DNA from: Dehalococcoidia bacterium
GTDB lineage: Bacteria; Chloroflexota; Dehalococcoidia; Lucifugimonadales; Australimonadaceae
Length of the DNA stretch: 64,000 nucleotides
NCBI GenBank assembly: GCA_022820645.1
Contig: JAJEFD010000002.1
Span: forward strand, 227,514 to 291,513
Direction of reading: 5' to 3'
Positions 30,730-40,852 of this stretch are shown here, one piece after another (position 1 is the stretch's first letter; each line of letters starts with the position of its first letter). Made by a program: the position numbers and the translations under genes. The notes below the pieces were generated by a model that was not told the origin of the DNA, searched no databases, and saw only the letters and a program-made list of their open reading frames with translations.

Positions 30730-31515
30730 TCAATCGAGGCGGTAGAACGCTACGGCGGTACCGCTCAGCACGTCGGCGACCTGCTCGTCCGTCATCGGGC
30801 CCGCCGCATCGATCGTTGCCTGCACCACCTGCTCGTACGATGCAACGGACAGATGGTTCGGCCAATCGCTGCCGAACATCATGCGGCGGTAGCCGAACAG
30901 CCGCACCATCGGCTCCACGAACAGTTTGAGGTGGGCCGTGCTCCACGGCTCCGTATCGAGCGTCACGAGTCCGCTCAACTTGACCGATACGTTCGTGCAC
31001 GGTGCGAGGTTGAGCATGTGGACGCCCCACGGCTCCCGCTCGCTCCGCGCGATGAACGGCGAGCCGATGTGCGCGAGGGCGATGCGCAGGTCAGGGACGG
31101 CCTCGGCCAGATCGCGCACGGAGGGGACCTGGCGCGGCTCCACGATGACGTCCAGGCTCAGGCCGCGCTTCCCCGCCTCGCGGAGACCCGCCAGCACGGC
31201 GGGCTGCGTCAGCCAGTGGTTGTCTTCCTCGCGATGCGCCGGGAGACAGAGCCCGCGCACCTTCTTGTTGCGTTCCAGCTGTTTGAGTGTCTTGCCAAGG
31301 TCCCGCGAGGTAACGTCCACCCAGACCGTGACCGCGGCCACGAGTTCGTCCTTCGCTGCGGCAGCCAGCGCGGCGTTCGTGGCCTCGTCCGAAGGCTCGG
31401 GTTGGACGAGCACGGTCCGCTGCACGCCGTTGGAGGCCAGGAGCGCAGCGAACTCCCCGGCGGTATCCGGCGCTGCGGGCTGGCGATGGGCGTCTACGAT
31501 GGGTGGGAGGTTCAT
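30730..31515 (-). CDS. Amidohydrolase family protein (sugar-lactonase-like)
   Basis: [23 protein letters not shown]. Confidence 0.85.
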   Translation of the reverse strand: MNLPPIVDAHRQPAAPDTAGEFAALLASNGVQRTVLVQPEPSDEATNAALAAAAKDELVAAVTVWVDVTSRDLGKTLKQLERNKKVRGLCLPAHREEDNHWLTQPAVLAGLREAGKRGLSLDVIVEPRQVPSVRDLAEAVPDLRIALAHIGSPFIARSEREPWGVHMLNLAPCTNVSVKLSGLVTLDTEPWSTAHLKLFVEPMVRLFGYRRMMFGSDWPNHLSVASYEQVVQATIDAAGPMTDEQVADVLSGTAVAFYRLD

Positions 31516-31857
31516 GGTTCCGTTGTGGGCAGACCCGCTGCTGTGGGCGTGCGGGCCTGTCCAATCCTAGCATGGACGAGCCGCAGGCGGAGCCTGCGCA
31601 CGATCCTGCACCTCAGCCCTCGATAGCCAGGCAGTGCGTTCTGCCCTCTTGTGCGGAACTTACGACGCATAAGCCGTCTCAACACCTGTCGTTCCGCTCT
31701 CCAACAAACCTCTCTCAACGCACTTTATGGCAGGCTTCTAAACGTGTTCAGACCTTGCTATCGGAATCTGCACTGGACTTGTCGGATTCAGCGCGTTATC
31801 CTGCGCACGCAAAAGGCAGCGGTTCGACGCAGCTGCCGCATACAGGAGGTAAGTGGG

Positions 31858-32151
31858 ATGCCCACTTTCAGCATCGTTTCGATAGGTGAAGCCCGCGCGA
31901 ACAGCGCCACGGGCAAGCGAGCGCAACTGTTGCAGGAATACATCGGCTACATCCAGCGCGTGGCTCCCGGTGAGGCTGGCAAGCTGGAGGCCGGAGAGGG
32001 CGAAACGACCCAGGCGATCAAGCGCCGGCTCGGGGCGGCAGCCCAGGCGCTGGGCAAGAACCTCGACTCGAAAAGCGCGGGCAGCACCGTCTATTTCTGG
32101 AGTTCGGACGGGCGGCGCCGCGGCAGGCCTCGCAAGAACCCCGTCGCCTAG
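31858..32151 (+). CDS. Small hypothetical protein with C-terminal AT-hook
   Basis: RBS AGGAGG, ATG 31858, 97 aa ending RRRGRPRKNPVA; followed by a terminator. Confidence 0.75.
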   Translation: MPTFSIVSIGEARANSATGKRAQLLQEYIGYIQRVAPGEAGKLEAGEGETTQAIKRRLGAAAQALGKNLDSKSAGSTVYFWSSDGRRRGRPRKNPVA

Positions 32152-32171
32152 CAACCTTCCCTCGCCCATTT

Positions 32172-32222
32172 CACACGGTATCCCGGCCCGCTCTCGTGAG
32201 CGGTTGGGATGCTGTGTTTGTT
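32172..32222 (+). terminator. Probable intrinsic terminator
   Basis: ACACGGTATCCC..CCGCTC-TCGT-GAGCGG..GGGATGCTGTGT followed by TTGTT. Confidence 0.6.
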
Positions 32223-32421
32223 AACGTGCATTTATCTCCGGCGGCGGCACGGCTTGCCGCGGCATGACGGGCGCTTTATGCATCGCGTAAGCGTTCGCCT
32301 GTGGCAGGGGCAACCCGGTCATCGGGACGAACGTTTACCCCTTGCGGCCCGAACTGCTGCTACGATATAGGCGGGAGCGCTGCTCCCGCCTGCACAGCAT
32401 TACGAAGCCTCAGGAGCCGGA

Positions 32422-32883
32422 GTGCGCATAGCCATAGCAGCCGATCACGCAGGGTTCACGCTGAAGACCGACGTTGCCGCGATGCTCGGCGCATGGGGCC
32501 ACGACGTGCTCGACCTCGGCGCGCACGAATTCGACCCGGACGACGACTACCCCGACTTCGCCGCGCTCGCCGCGCGGGCCGTCGCCGGCGGCGAGGCGGA
32601 GCGCGGCGTCATCGTCTGCGGCAGCGGCGTCGGAGCGAGCATCGCGGCGAACAAGGTCACGGGCGTCCGCGCCGCGATGTGCCACGACACCTACTCGGCG
32701 CACCAGGGAGTGGAGCACGACGACATGAACGTGCTCTGCATCGGCGGGCGCGTCATCGGACCCGAGACGGCCCGGGAGGTCATCGCGGCCTTCCTCGGAG
32801 CGTCGTTCACCGGCGAGGAGCGCCACGTCCGCAGGCTGGAGAAGGTGAAGGCGCTGGAGCGCAAGGCTGCAGCGGAAGCGTAG
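32422..32883 (+). CDS. rpiB: Ribose-5-phosphate isomerase B
   Basis: DHAG..LK, DDYPD, CGSGVG..IAANK, HDDMNVLC.G.R, RH.RR. Confidence 0.95.
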   Translation: MRIAIAADHAGFTLKTDVAAMLGAWGHDVLDLGAHEFDPDDDYPDFAALAARAVAGGEAERGVIVCGSGVGASIAANKVTGVRAAMCHDTYSAHQGVEHDDMNVLCIGGRVIGPETAREVIAAFLGASFTGEERHVRRLEKVKALERKAAAEA

Positions 32884-32912
32884 ATTCACGAGTGACATCA
32901 GGAGGCAGCATC

Positions 32913-34019
32913 ATGGAGAACACCATCCGCCGGAACCTTGCGCTCGGACAGTCCACCTGGGTGGACTACATCAGCCGCAACATGCTGGTGAACGGCGAGT
33001 TGGACCGGCTCGTGGAGGATGGCGTCACTGGGCTGACGTCCAACCCCACCATCTTCGAGAAGGCCATCTCCGGCAGCGCCGACTACGACGAGGCGCTCGC
33101 AGGGCTGTCGAACGAAGGGAAGACCCCCACGCAGATATTCGAGGCGCTCGCGGTCGAGGACATCCGCGCCGCCGCGCAGGCGCTCCGCCCCGTCTACGAC
33201 GCCTGCGGCGGACGTGACGGCTTCGTCTCGCTCGAGGTCGCCCCTACCCTCGCCTACGACACCGAAGGCACCGTACGCGACGCGCGTCGCCTCTGGGCCG
33301 CGGTCGGTGAGCCGAACGTGATGATTAAGGTGCCCGGAACGCCAGAGGGCTTGCCCGCCATCACCCAGCTCATCGGCGAGGGCATCAACGTGAACGTCAC
33401 GCTCATCTTCGCGCTGGACGCCTACCGGCGCGTGATGGATGCCTACGTCGCTGGGCTCCAGGCGCTCGCGCAGCGAGGCGGCCCGCTCGGGCGCGTCGCG
33501 TCGGTGGCGTCGTTCTTCGTCAGCCGCGTGGACACCGCGGTCGACAACGCACTCGAAAAGTGTGGCGCTGAGCCGTCGCTGCAGGGCAAGGCGGCGGTAG
33601 CGAACGCCCGCGCCGCGTACGCCCTCTTCGAGGAGCGGTTCGCACGGGACGACTTCGCCGCACTGCGGGCGCAGGGCGCACAGGTGCAGCGCCCGCTCTG
33701 GGCGAGCACGAGCACCAAGAATCCCGCCTACCCCGACACGCTCTACGTCGACAACCTGATCGGCCCCGACTCCGTGAACACGATGCCGCCAGACACGCTC
33801 CAGGCCGCGCTGGACCACGGCGTCTCCGCACTGACGCTGGAGGGCACCGAGCAGGAAGCGAACGCCACCCTCGCGGCTCTGGCAGAGGCGGGCGTGGACA
33901 TGGGCGCCGTCACGGACAAGCTGCTCAGCGACGGCGTGGACGCGTTCGCCGGCTCGTACCGGCAACTGCTGGAGAGCATCGAGGCGAAGTGCGGCCTGCT
34001 GGCCCAGGCGCGCAGCTGA
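32913..34019 (+). CDS. tal: Transaldolase
   Basis: GLTSNPTIF, VSLEV.P, MIKVPGT.EG, NVTLIF, SVASFFVSRVD, QRPLWAST. Confidence 0.96.
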   Translation: MENTIRRNLALGQSTWVDYISRNMLVNGELDRLVEDGVTGLTSNPTIFEKAISGSADYDEALAGLSNEGKTPTQIFEALAVEDIRAAAQALRPVYDACGGRDGFVSLEVAPTLAYDTEGTVRDARRLWAAVGEPNVMIKVPGTPEGLPAITQLIGEGINVNVTLIFALDAYRRVMDAYVAGLQALAQRGGPLGRVASVASFFVSRVDTAVDNALEKCGAEPSLQGKAAVANARAAYALFEERFARDDFAALRAQGAQVQRPLWASTSTKNPAYPDTLYVDNLIGPDSVNTMPPDTLQAALDHGVSALTLEGTEQEANATLAALAEAGVDMGAVTDKLLSDGVDAFAGSYRQLLESIEAKCGLLAQARS

Positions 34020-34044
34020 TCCGGCGCAACCCGCGCAACTCCCT

Positions 34045-34074
34045 CCGTCATTCCCGCGCAGGCGGGGATCCAGC
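34045..34074 (+). repeat. Palindromic repeat module A
   Basis: CCGTCATTCCCGCGCAGGCGGGGATCCAG. Confidence 0.75.
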
Positions 34075-34110
34075 ATGACCGGGAGTGTTAGTCAACAAGG
34101 AGGAAACGCT

Positions 34111-35019
34111 ATGGACATCGGCATGGTGGGGCTGGGACGGATGGGGGGCAATATGTCCGAACGCCTGCGCCGGGGCGGGCATCGCGTCGTCTCCTACGAC
34201 CGCGACCCGGACACGCGCCAGGCAGCGGCGGCGTCCGGCTGCGAGGTCGTGGACTCGCTCGAGGGGTTCGTGGAGGCGCTGGAGGCGCCCCGCGTCGTCT
34301 GGGTGATGGTGCCGTCCGGCAACCCGACGGAGGCGACCGTCGCCGCACTTGGCGACGTGCTGGAGTCGGGTGACCTCGTGGTGGACGGCGGCAACTCGAA
34401 CTACAACGACTCGATGCGGCGCGGCGAGTCCCTGCGGCGCAAGGGCATCGAGATGGTGGACGCCGGTGTCAGCGGCGGCATATGGGGGCTCGCGGAGGGC
34501 TACTGCCTCATGGTTGGCGGCAGCGAGCAGGCCGTCGCATTGGTGGAACCCGTGTTCCGCACGCTCGCCCCAACGCCGGAGAAGGGTTACGCCCACGTCG
34601 GGCCGCTCGGCGCCGGGCACTTCGTGAAGATGGTGCACAACGGCATCGAGTACGGGCTCATGCAGGCGTACGCCGAGGGCTTCGAGCTGATGCGTGCGAA
34701 GCAGAGCCTCGACCTCGACGTCGCGCAGATAGCCGAGATATGGCGGCACGGGAGCGTCGTGCGCTCGTGGTTGCTCGACCTCACCGCGGCGGCGCTCGAA
34801 GAGGACGACTCCCTCTCGGGCATCGTGCCGTGGGTGGACGACTCCGGAGAAGGACGCTGGACGGTGGAGGAGTCCATCGAGCTTGCGGTCCCGCTGCCGG
34901 TGATCTCGATGGCGCTCCAGGCGCGCTTCCGCTCCCGCGACGAGACCCAGTTCGGCTTCAGGCTGCTCGCGGCGATGCGCAACCAGTTCGGCGGCCACGC
35001 CGTGAGGCGCCAGTCCTAG
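34111..35019 (+). CDS. gnd: 6-phosphogluconate dehydrogenase, short NAD-dependent type
   Basis: GLGRMG.N, DGGNS, SGG..G, GHFVKMVHNGIEY, DSGEGRW, MRNQFGGH. Confidence 0.95.
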   Translation: MDIGMVGLGRMGGNMSERLRRGGHRVVSYDRDPDTRQAAAASGCEVVDSLEGFVEALEAPRVVWVMVPSGNPTEATVAALGDVLESGDLVVDGGNSNYNDSMRRGESLRRKGIEMVDAGVSGGIWGLAEGYCLMVGGSEQAVALVEPVFRTLAPTPEKGYAHVGPLGAGHFVKMVHNGIEYGLMQAYAEGFELMRAKQSLDLDVAQIAEIWRHGSVVRSWLLDLTAAALEEDDSLSGIVPWVDDSGEGRWTVEESIELAVPLPVISMALQARFRSRDETQFGFRLLAAMRNQFGGHAVRRQS

Positions 35020-35034
35020 CGCGATGAGCGAGTT

Positions 35035-35090
35035 CCGTCATTCCCGCACCGGCGGGAATCCAGAGCGCGCGGGCAGCGCGCACGGGGCGG
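35035..35090 (+). repeat. Palindromic repeat module A with linker
   Basis: CCGTCATTCCCGCACCGGCGGGAATCCAG-AGCGCGCG..GCGCACGGGG. Confidence 0.75.
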
Positions 35091-35162
35091 TGGAGTTGGG
35101 TTGGGCTGCTCCCCTGTTTTCATCGTTTGTGGTGCCCCCGGGCACGTGGCAAAGGTTGCGCC

Positions 35163-35903
35163 ATGACTGACGTGCGCGTCTTCCCCACTCCCGCTGCGCT
35201 CACACAGGCCGCGGCGAACCTCGTGCTGGCGTCGGCTGAGGAAGCCGTCCGGGAACGCGGGCGTTTCGTGTGGGGACTATCCGGGGGCAGCACGCCGGAA
35301 GCGCTGTACCGGAAACTCACGGAACCGCCCTACTCGACCGCGATGCCGTGGCGCGCCACGTTCGTGTTCTGGGGCGACGAGCGCTGGGTGCCGCACAACC
35401 ATCCCGATAGCAACCAGCGGATGGCAACCGAGGCGCTGCTCGCCCACGGCCCCGCCGCCAGGGCGAATGTCATCCCCGTGCCGACGGGGAACACCTCCCC
35501 CAACGAGTCAGCAGCCGCCGTCGAGGATGCGCTGCGCCGCATCTCCGGCGGTGCGCCGGTGCGACCGGACCTGCTGCTGCTCGGCATCGGCCCCGACGGG
35601 CACACGGCGTCGCTCTTCCCCGGCACGAGCGGGCTCGACGAGCGCGAACGGCTCTTCGTTGCCAACCGCGTGCCGCAACTCGACACGTGGCGCATCACGG
35701 CCACCCTGCCGCTCATCAACGCTTCGCGGCACGTCGTCTTCCTCGCGCAGGGACGAGATAAGGCAGAGGCACTGCGGCTCGCGCTGCACCCGGTTGACGG
35801 CGGACCTCTCCTGCCCGCCGCACTCGTCGCGCCGGACGACGGCACGCTGACGTGGATGCTCGACCGGCAGGCCGCGTCCGGGTTGGGCCAGCACTCTGGG
35901 TGA
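35163..35903 (+). CDS. pgl: 6-phosphogluconolactonase
   Basis: LSGGSTP, WGDERWVP, DSN, LLGIGPDGHTASLFP, RITAT. Confidence 0.95.
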   Translation: MTDVRVFPTPAALTQAAANLVLASAEEAVRERGRFVWGLSGGSTPEALYRKLTEPPYSTAMPWRATFVFWGDERWVPHNHPDSNQRMATEALLAHGPAARANVIPVPTGNTSPNESAAAVEDALRRISGGAPVRPDLLLLGIGPDGHTASLFPGTSGLDERERLFVANRVPQLDTWRITATLPLINASRHVVFLAQGRDKAEALRLALHPVDGGPLLPAALVAPDDGTLTWMLDRQAASGLGQHSG

Positions 35904-35906
35904 TTG

Positions 35907-36854
35907 TCAGGACGGCGATTCCGTGTCCGTTTCGGATCCCTGCGTGCGGCGGCGTGCCCGCCGCTCTGCCGACCGCGACCGGGCTGCGGGCTGCTCCACC
36001 GGCCTCGTGTCGGCCCGCCGGGCGTCTTCCCTGCCCGAAGCAAGGTACGGCGGCCTGCGCCAGAGGAAGAGCGCCAGCAGCGCAACGACGATCATCACGG
36101 CGGAGACGAGGTGTGCGACCGGCACGTCGCCCACCTTCCAGTTGTCGGTGCGCATGAACTCCAGTGCAGAGCGCTCCAACGCGTACCAGATGAAGTAGAG
36201 GAAGAGCAGGTCACCCTGCCGGAGGCTGTTGCCGAAGCGGCGCCCGACCCACAACAGCACGATGACGCCGAGGAAGCTCAGCAGTGATTCGTAGAGGAAG
36301 AGCGGGTGGAAGTACGCCGCCGCGCCTGAGTCCCACGGGAAGTGGTGCTCCGGCCCCACGGGGATGCCCCAGGGGAGACTCGTCTCCGGCCCGTAAAGCT
36401 CCTTGTTGAAGAAGTTGCCCCACCTTCCGACCGCCTGCCCTAACAGAAAAGCAGGCGCTCCGATGTCGAACCAGCGCAGCGCGCGGATGCGCTGTCCCCG
36501 TCCGGCGCGCGCCCGGCGGTTCACCCACCAGACGTAGAGCACGAGCGCGAACGCCGCGCCCGCTATCGCGCCGAAGATGCCGATGCCCCCGGCGCGCAGC
36601 ACGAATATCTGTCCGGGGTTCTCGGAGTAGAAGCTCCACAGGTCTATGACGTGGTAGAGCCGCGCGCCGATGAGGCCGAACACGACGCCGAGCACCGCGA
36701 TGTTCAGCACGTGGTCAGGGTTCTCGCCGAGGCGTTTCGCCTCGAACTGCGCCAGCACGATGCCCGCGAGCAGCCCCGCGAGGATCATCAGGGAGTAGAA
36801 GCGTATCTCCAGTCCGAAGAGGATGAGGCCGCGAAACGTGATGTCGAAATCCAC
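35907..36854 (-). CDS. lgt: Prolipoprotein diacylglyceryl transferase
   Basis: IRFYSL, GARLYHV, GQAVGRWGNFFN.ELYG, HPLFLYES; GTG start after AGGAG. Confidence 0.94.
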   Translation of the reverse strand: MDFDITFRGLILFGLEIRFYSLMILAGLLAGIVLAQFEAKRLGENPDHVLNIAVLGVVFGLIGARLYHVIDLWSFYSENPGQIFVLRAGGIGIFGAIAGAAFALVLYVWWVNRRARAGRGQRIRALRWFDIGAPAFLLGQAVGRWGNFFNKELYGPETSLPWGIPVGPEHHFPWDSGAAAYFHPLFLYESLLSFLGVIVLLWVGRRFGNSLRQGDLLFLYFIWYALERSALEFMRTDNWKVGDVPVAHLVSAVMIVVALLALFLWRRPPYLASGREDARRADTRPVEQPAARSRSAERRARRRTQGSETDTESPS

Positions 36855-36955
36855 ACTGGCTCCTGGGAGTCCGGCCCATGGTGCGAACGCAGGCCGGACG
36901 CGGGCTCGCGTCATTATAGTCTGCTGGACACGACGCGCGGTCGCTCCAGGACGAT

Positions 36956-36984
36956 ATGACTATGGTCAATGACTATGGTACGCT
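36956..36984 (+). promoter_or_regulatory. Operator/promoter of the phd-vapC module
   Basis: Tandem ATGACTATGGT x2 (near-palindrome TGACTATGGTCA) overlapping -10 TACGCT. Confidence 0.55.
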
Positions 36985-37007
36985 GAGGCAGACGTACGGG
37001 AGGAACC

Positions 37008-37292
37008 ATGGCTGCAAACGAAGCAACCGGGATCGGCGGCGTCCGCACCATCAAAGCGTCGGAGTTCAAGGCGAAGTGCCTCCAACTCATGGACGAGGTC
37101 GCCGAGAGCGGCCAGGAGATCGTCATCACCAAGAAGGGCAAACCCGTCTCCCGTCTGATGCCCTACCGTGAGAAGGGGAAACTTGTCTTCGGCGAGGACC
37201 GGGGTCTATTCGAGATTCATGCCGACATCGTGGAGCCTATGCCCGCCGAGTGGTTCGAGAAAGACGACGGCGACGAGGACGACCTCTTTTGA
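37008..37292 (+). CDS. Phd/YefM family antitoxin
   Basis: IKASEFKAKCLQLMDEV...EIVITKKGKPV.RL. Confidence 0.9.
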   Translation: MAANEATGIGGVRTIKASEFKAKCLQLMDEVAESGQEIVITKKGKPVSRLMPYREKGKLVFGEDRGLFEIHADIVEPMPAEWFEKDDGDEDDLF

Positions 37293-37687
37293 TACTGCTC
37301 GATACCCATGCCTTGATATGGGTGAGAGAAGGTAACCCGAAGCTGGGACCCCACGCCCGCACGGTGATTGAACGCGCATTCGAAGAGAACACCGTGGCAG
37401 TGTCCCCCATCTCCTTCTGGGAGATCGCCATGCGTGTTCAGAAGGGACACATCATCTTCTTCTCCGATGTTGCCGCCTGGCGCGATAGCCTGCTCAGCCG
37501 AGGGTTGCACGAGATCCCGGTGGACGGCCGCATCGCGGTACGCGCCGGTCTGCTGCCGGACCTGCACGGCGACCCCGCAGACCGCCTCATCGTCGCAACG
37601 GCGCTCGAAGGCCATCGACTCGTGACCGCTGACCATCGTCTCCTCGAATGGAGCGGCCCGCTGAACCGCCTCGACGCCACCGAGTAG
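37289..37687 (+). CDS. vapC: PIN-domain VapC toxin
   Basis: LLDTHALIW, SFWEIA, HGDPADRLIVATA, LVTAD; TTGA overlap with the antitoxin. Confidence 0.92.
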   Translation: MILLDTHALIWVREGNPKLGPHARTVIERAFEENTVAVSPISFWEIAMRVQKGHIIFFSDVAAWRDSLLSRGLHEIPVDGRIAVRAGLLPDLHGDPADRLIVATALEGHRLVTADHRLLEWSGPLNRLDATE

Positions 37688-37763
37688 CCGCCTTTGGCGC
37701 GCCCCTGCCCCGCGCTGCTATAGTCTGGGGTGCCATCCCGTCCACCGAGGTCGATACGCGCCC

Positions 37764-38285
37764 ATGGGCGTCCTCTCGTCGCAACAGATTCGCGCCATGC
37801 TCTCCGACACCCCGCCGCTCGTCGCCGGGTTCCTCGACCTCGACGAGCAGTTGCAGGCCAACGGCTTCGACATGACGCTGGAGTCCATCGCCGCGTTCAC
37901 CGGCGCAGGCCGTATCGGCGTCAGCAACGACGACCGCATCCTTGCCGAGACCGAGGAACTCGCGTTCGACGCGGACGGCTACGTGCGCCTGGAGCCCGGC
38001 GTCTACGCGGTGCGCCTCAACGAGACCGTCGCCCTGCCCCGCACCGTCATGGCGCTCGCCAAGCCGCGCTCCACGCTCCTGCGGAACGGCGCCGCAGCGC
38101 ACAACGCTGTGTGGGACGCGGGCTACACCGGCAGGTCGCAGATACAGGTCGCCGTCTACAACCCCCACGGGCTCACGCTCGCCCGCAACGCCCGCATCGT
38201 GCAGATGGTCTTCTTCACACTCGACAACGCCACCGAGACGCCGTACGCCGGCATCTACCAGGGCGAAGCGGTGACTTCGCCATGA
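37764..38285 (+). CDS. dUTPase/dCTP deaminase family protein
   Basis: QLQANGFD, PRSTLLRNG, VWDAGYTG, RIVQMVF, YAGIYQ. Confidence 0.87.
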   Translation: MGVLSSQQIRAMLSDTPPLVAGFLDLDEQLQANGFDMTLESIAAFTGAGRIGVSNDDRILAETEELAFDADGYVRLEPGVYAVRLNETVALPRTVMALAKPRSTLLRNGAAAHNAVWDAGYTGRSQIQVAVYNPHGLTLARNARIVQMVFFTLDNATETPYAGIYQGEAVTSP

Positions 38286-39415
38286 CCACGAACGGGACCG
38301 CCGAGGTCGTCGTCGTGGGTGGTGGAGTCATGGGCTGCTCCACCGCCTGGTTCCTCGCAGCCGACCACGGCATACGCTCCGTCATCGTCGAGCGCGACGC
38401 GGTCGCCAGCGGCGCATCGGGCGGCGCGGCGGGCGAGTTGGGCGCGGTCGGCAGGCACCGCTACTCCATCGAGTACACCCGGTTCCTGCTGGAAGGCATC
38501 CGCATGCACACGGAGGTCGCCGAGACGCTCGTGGCCGAGTCCGGCGTCGACTACCTCTTCTCCGACATCCCCATCCTCCGTCCGGCGCTGGACGAAGAGG
38601 AAGCCCGCGACCTGCAGGGGCAGATGGGCTGGCAGCGCGAGATCGGCATCGACGTCGAGTGGCTCGACGAGACGCAGGTGCGCTCACTCGGCACGTGGCT
38701 GACCGAGGATGCGCTCGGCGCGGCGTACACCATTGAGAAGCAGCTGGAGGCGTACCCGTTCGCCATAGCGCTCGCGCAGGCGTGCGAACGCCGCGGCGTG
38801 TCCATCCGCACCGCCGAAGTGAACGGCGTGCTGCGCGACGGCGAACGTGCGTGCGGCGTCACGCTCGCGTCAGGCGAGCGCATCGAGGCGGGCGCCGTGC
38901 TCGTGGCGAACGGCCCATGGTCGCAGCACACGGCAGAGTGGCTGGGCATGGAAGTGCCGGTCGTTCCGCTGCGCGGCCAGATCGTGCACCTCTCGCCTCC
39001 CGACGGCGTGCCCATGCCGGCGCACTCCATCTTCCACGAGACCGGCTACGTGCTCCCGAAGGCGGGCGGAGATCTGCTCGTGGGCACCACCGAAGAATTG
39101 GCCGGGTTCGACCCCTACCCGACGATGGAGGCGCAGAACGGCATCCTCGAAGCGGTGATACGTATCGCGCCGAACGTGCTCGACGCGCCGATACGCGACC
39201 TCACCGCGTGCCTGCGTCCCTACTCCCCGGACCAGATGCCCATCCTCGGCGCCGTGCCCGGGACCGAGTCGCTCTACCTGTCGACCGGCCACGGCTACAA
39301 GGGCATCACGCTCGCGATCATCTCGGGCAAGGCGATGGCGCAGCAGATAGCGAACGGCAAGAGCGACATCGACATCTCGCCGTTCTCCCCCGCCCGTTTC
39401 GCGGAGGCGTCGTAG
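38282..39415 (+). CDS. FAD-dependent oxidoreductase (DAO/glycine oxidase family)
   Basis: VVGGGVMG, ASGASG.AAG, PLRGQI, LRP.SPD..PILG, GHGYKGITLA. Confidence 0.9.
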   Translation: MTTNGTAEVVVVGGGVMGCSTAWFLAADHGIRSVIVERDAVASGASGGAAGELGAVGRHRYSIEYTRFLLEGIRMHTEVAETLVAESGVDYLFSDIPILRPALDEEEARDLQGQMGWQREIGIDVEWLDETQVRSLGTWLTEDALGAAYTIEKQLEAYPFAIALAQACERRGVSIRTAEVNGVLRDGERACGVTLASGERIEAGAVLVANGPWSQHTAEWLGMEVPVVPLRGQIVHLSPPDGVPMPAHSIFHETGYVLPKAGGDLLVGTTEELAGFDPYPTMEAQNGILEAVIRIAPNVLDAPIRDLTACLRPYSPDQMPILGAVPGTESLYLSTGHGYKGITLAIISGKAMAQQIANGKSDIDISPFSPARFAEAS

Positions 39416-39419
39416 CCGC

Positions 39420-40850
39420 ATGGCAGGCGCCGACCTTACCGAGTTCACTGCCTCCGAACTGGCGGGCCTCATCCGCGAGCGGCAGGTCTCGCCCGTCGAG
39501 GTGACGGCGCACTTCCTGGAGCGCATCGCGAAGTACGACGGCGAACTGCGCGCGTTCATCACCACCGTGCCGGAGCAGGCGATGGCGGAGGCACACCGCG
39601 CTGAAGCCGCGGTTATCGCGGGTGAAGAGCTGGGGCCGCTGCACGGCGTCCCCTTCGGCGTCAAGGACCTCAACGCCACGAAAGGCATCCGCACCACCTT
39701 CGGCTCGCTCCTGTTCGGCGACAACGTCCCGAAGAACGACGACATCGTCACCGAGCGCATCCGCGCGAGCGGCGCCATCATCGTCGGCAAGACGAACACG
39801 CCCGACTTCGGCTGGAAGGGCACGACCGAGAGCACGATCGCCGGGCCGTGCTTCAATCCGTGGGACACGACGCGCACGTCCGGCGGGTCGAGCGGTGGCT
39901 CCGGCGCGGCGCTCGCTGCGCGGCTCGTGCCGCTCTGCAACGGCGGCGATGCGGGCGGCTCCATCCGCATACCCGCGAGCTTCTGCGGCGTCTACGGCAT
40001 CAAGCCGGGCGCGGGACGCGTACCCGGCGACTACACCGCGAACGCCACCTGGGGAGGACTGTCGCAGAACGGCCCCATGTCCACGAACGTCCGCGACTCC
40101 GCCCTGCTCCTGGACATCCTCGCCGGGCCGGACAGCCGCGACCCTCGCTCGCTGGGACAGCCCTCCGGCGACTACCTCGCGGCGTTCGAAGCGCCGTCCG
40201 TCGATGGTCTGCGCATCGCCTGGGGCGGCGCGATGGACGATCAGCCGACCGACCCCCAGGTGCTGGCGCTCGCGCAGGCGGGTGCGGAAGCGTTCGCGGA
40301 ACTGGGCGCGAGCGTCGAGGAAGACATGCCCGCCGTCACGACGGACGACGCCATCTGGGCGTTCGTGACGTTCATGCTCACGGACCTCTGCATAACCCTC
40401 GGCCCGGCCATCGAGGGCGGCCAGGGCGACTTCCTGCCGTCGATGCTGCTCAAGTGGCTCACCGACGCGAAGACGTGGCCGGCGTCGCGCTACGCCGAGG
40501 CGCTGCACATGCGCGAGTGGCACCGCCACTGGTTCGACGAACTGTTCGAGCGGTACGACGTGCTCGCGCTCCCGACGATGGCCGTCCCCGCGTTCCCGGT
40601 CGAGCGCAATCCGAAGACGATCGCGGGGCGGGACGTGCATCCCTCGTGGGGCTTCACGCCGTTCTGCCTGCATGCAAACCTTACGGGAAGGCCCGCAGCC
40701 AGCATCCCGTGCGGTTTCACCGCCGAGGGCCTGCCCGTCGGGCTGATGCTCGTGGGACGCATGGGCGAGGAATCGACGCTGCTGCGTGCGTCCGCCGCGT
40801 TCGAGGCCGCCCACCCCTGGGCTGAGAAACGCCCGCCCGAGTTCCTTTAG
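39420..40850 (+). CDS. Amidase signature family protein
   Basis: GPLHGVPFGVKD, GKTNTP, SGGSSGGS, DAGGSIRIPASFCG. Confidence 0.93.
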   Translation: MAGADLTEFTASELAGLIRERQVSPVEVTAHFLERIAKYDGELRAFITTVPEQAMAEAHRAEAAVIAGEELGPLHGVPFGVKDLNATKGIRTTFGSLLFGDNVPKNDDIVTERIRASGAIIVGKTNTPDFGWKGTTESTIAGPCFNPWDTTRTSGGSSGGSGAALAARLVPLCNGGDAGGSIRIPASFCGVYGIKPGAGRVPGDYTANATWGGLSQNGPMSTNVRDSALLLDILAGPDSRDPRSLGQPSGDYLAAFEAPSVDGLRIAWGGAMDDQPTDPQVLALAQAGAEAFAELGASVEEDMPAVTTDDAIWAFVTFMLTDLCITLGPAIEGGQGDFLPSMLLKWLTDAKTWPASRYAEALHMREWHRHWFDELFERYDVLALPTMAVPAFPVERNPKTIAGRDVHPSWGFTPFCLHANLTGRPAASIPCGFTAEGLPVGLMLVGRMGEESTLLRASAAFEAAHPWAEKRPPEFL

Positions 40851-40852
40851 CC

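Noticed and set aside
32301-34019. 572-aa ORF suggesting an RpiB-transaldolase fusion (likewise 37730-39415)
   Set aside because: rpiB is in a different frame with its own stop; tal has its own RBS and ATG
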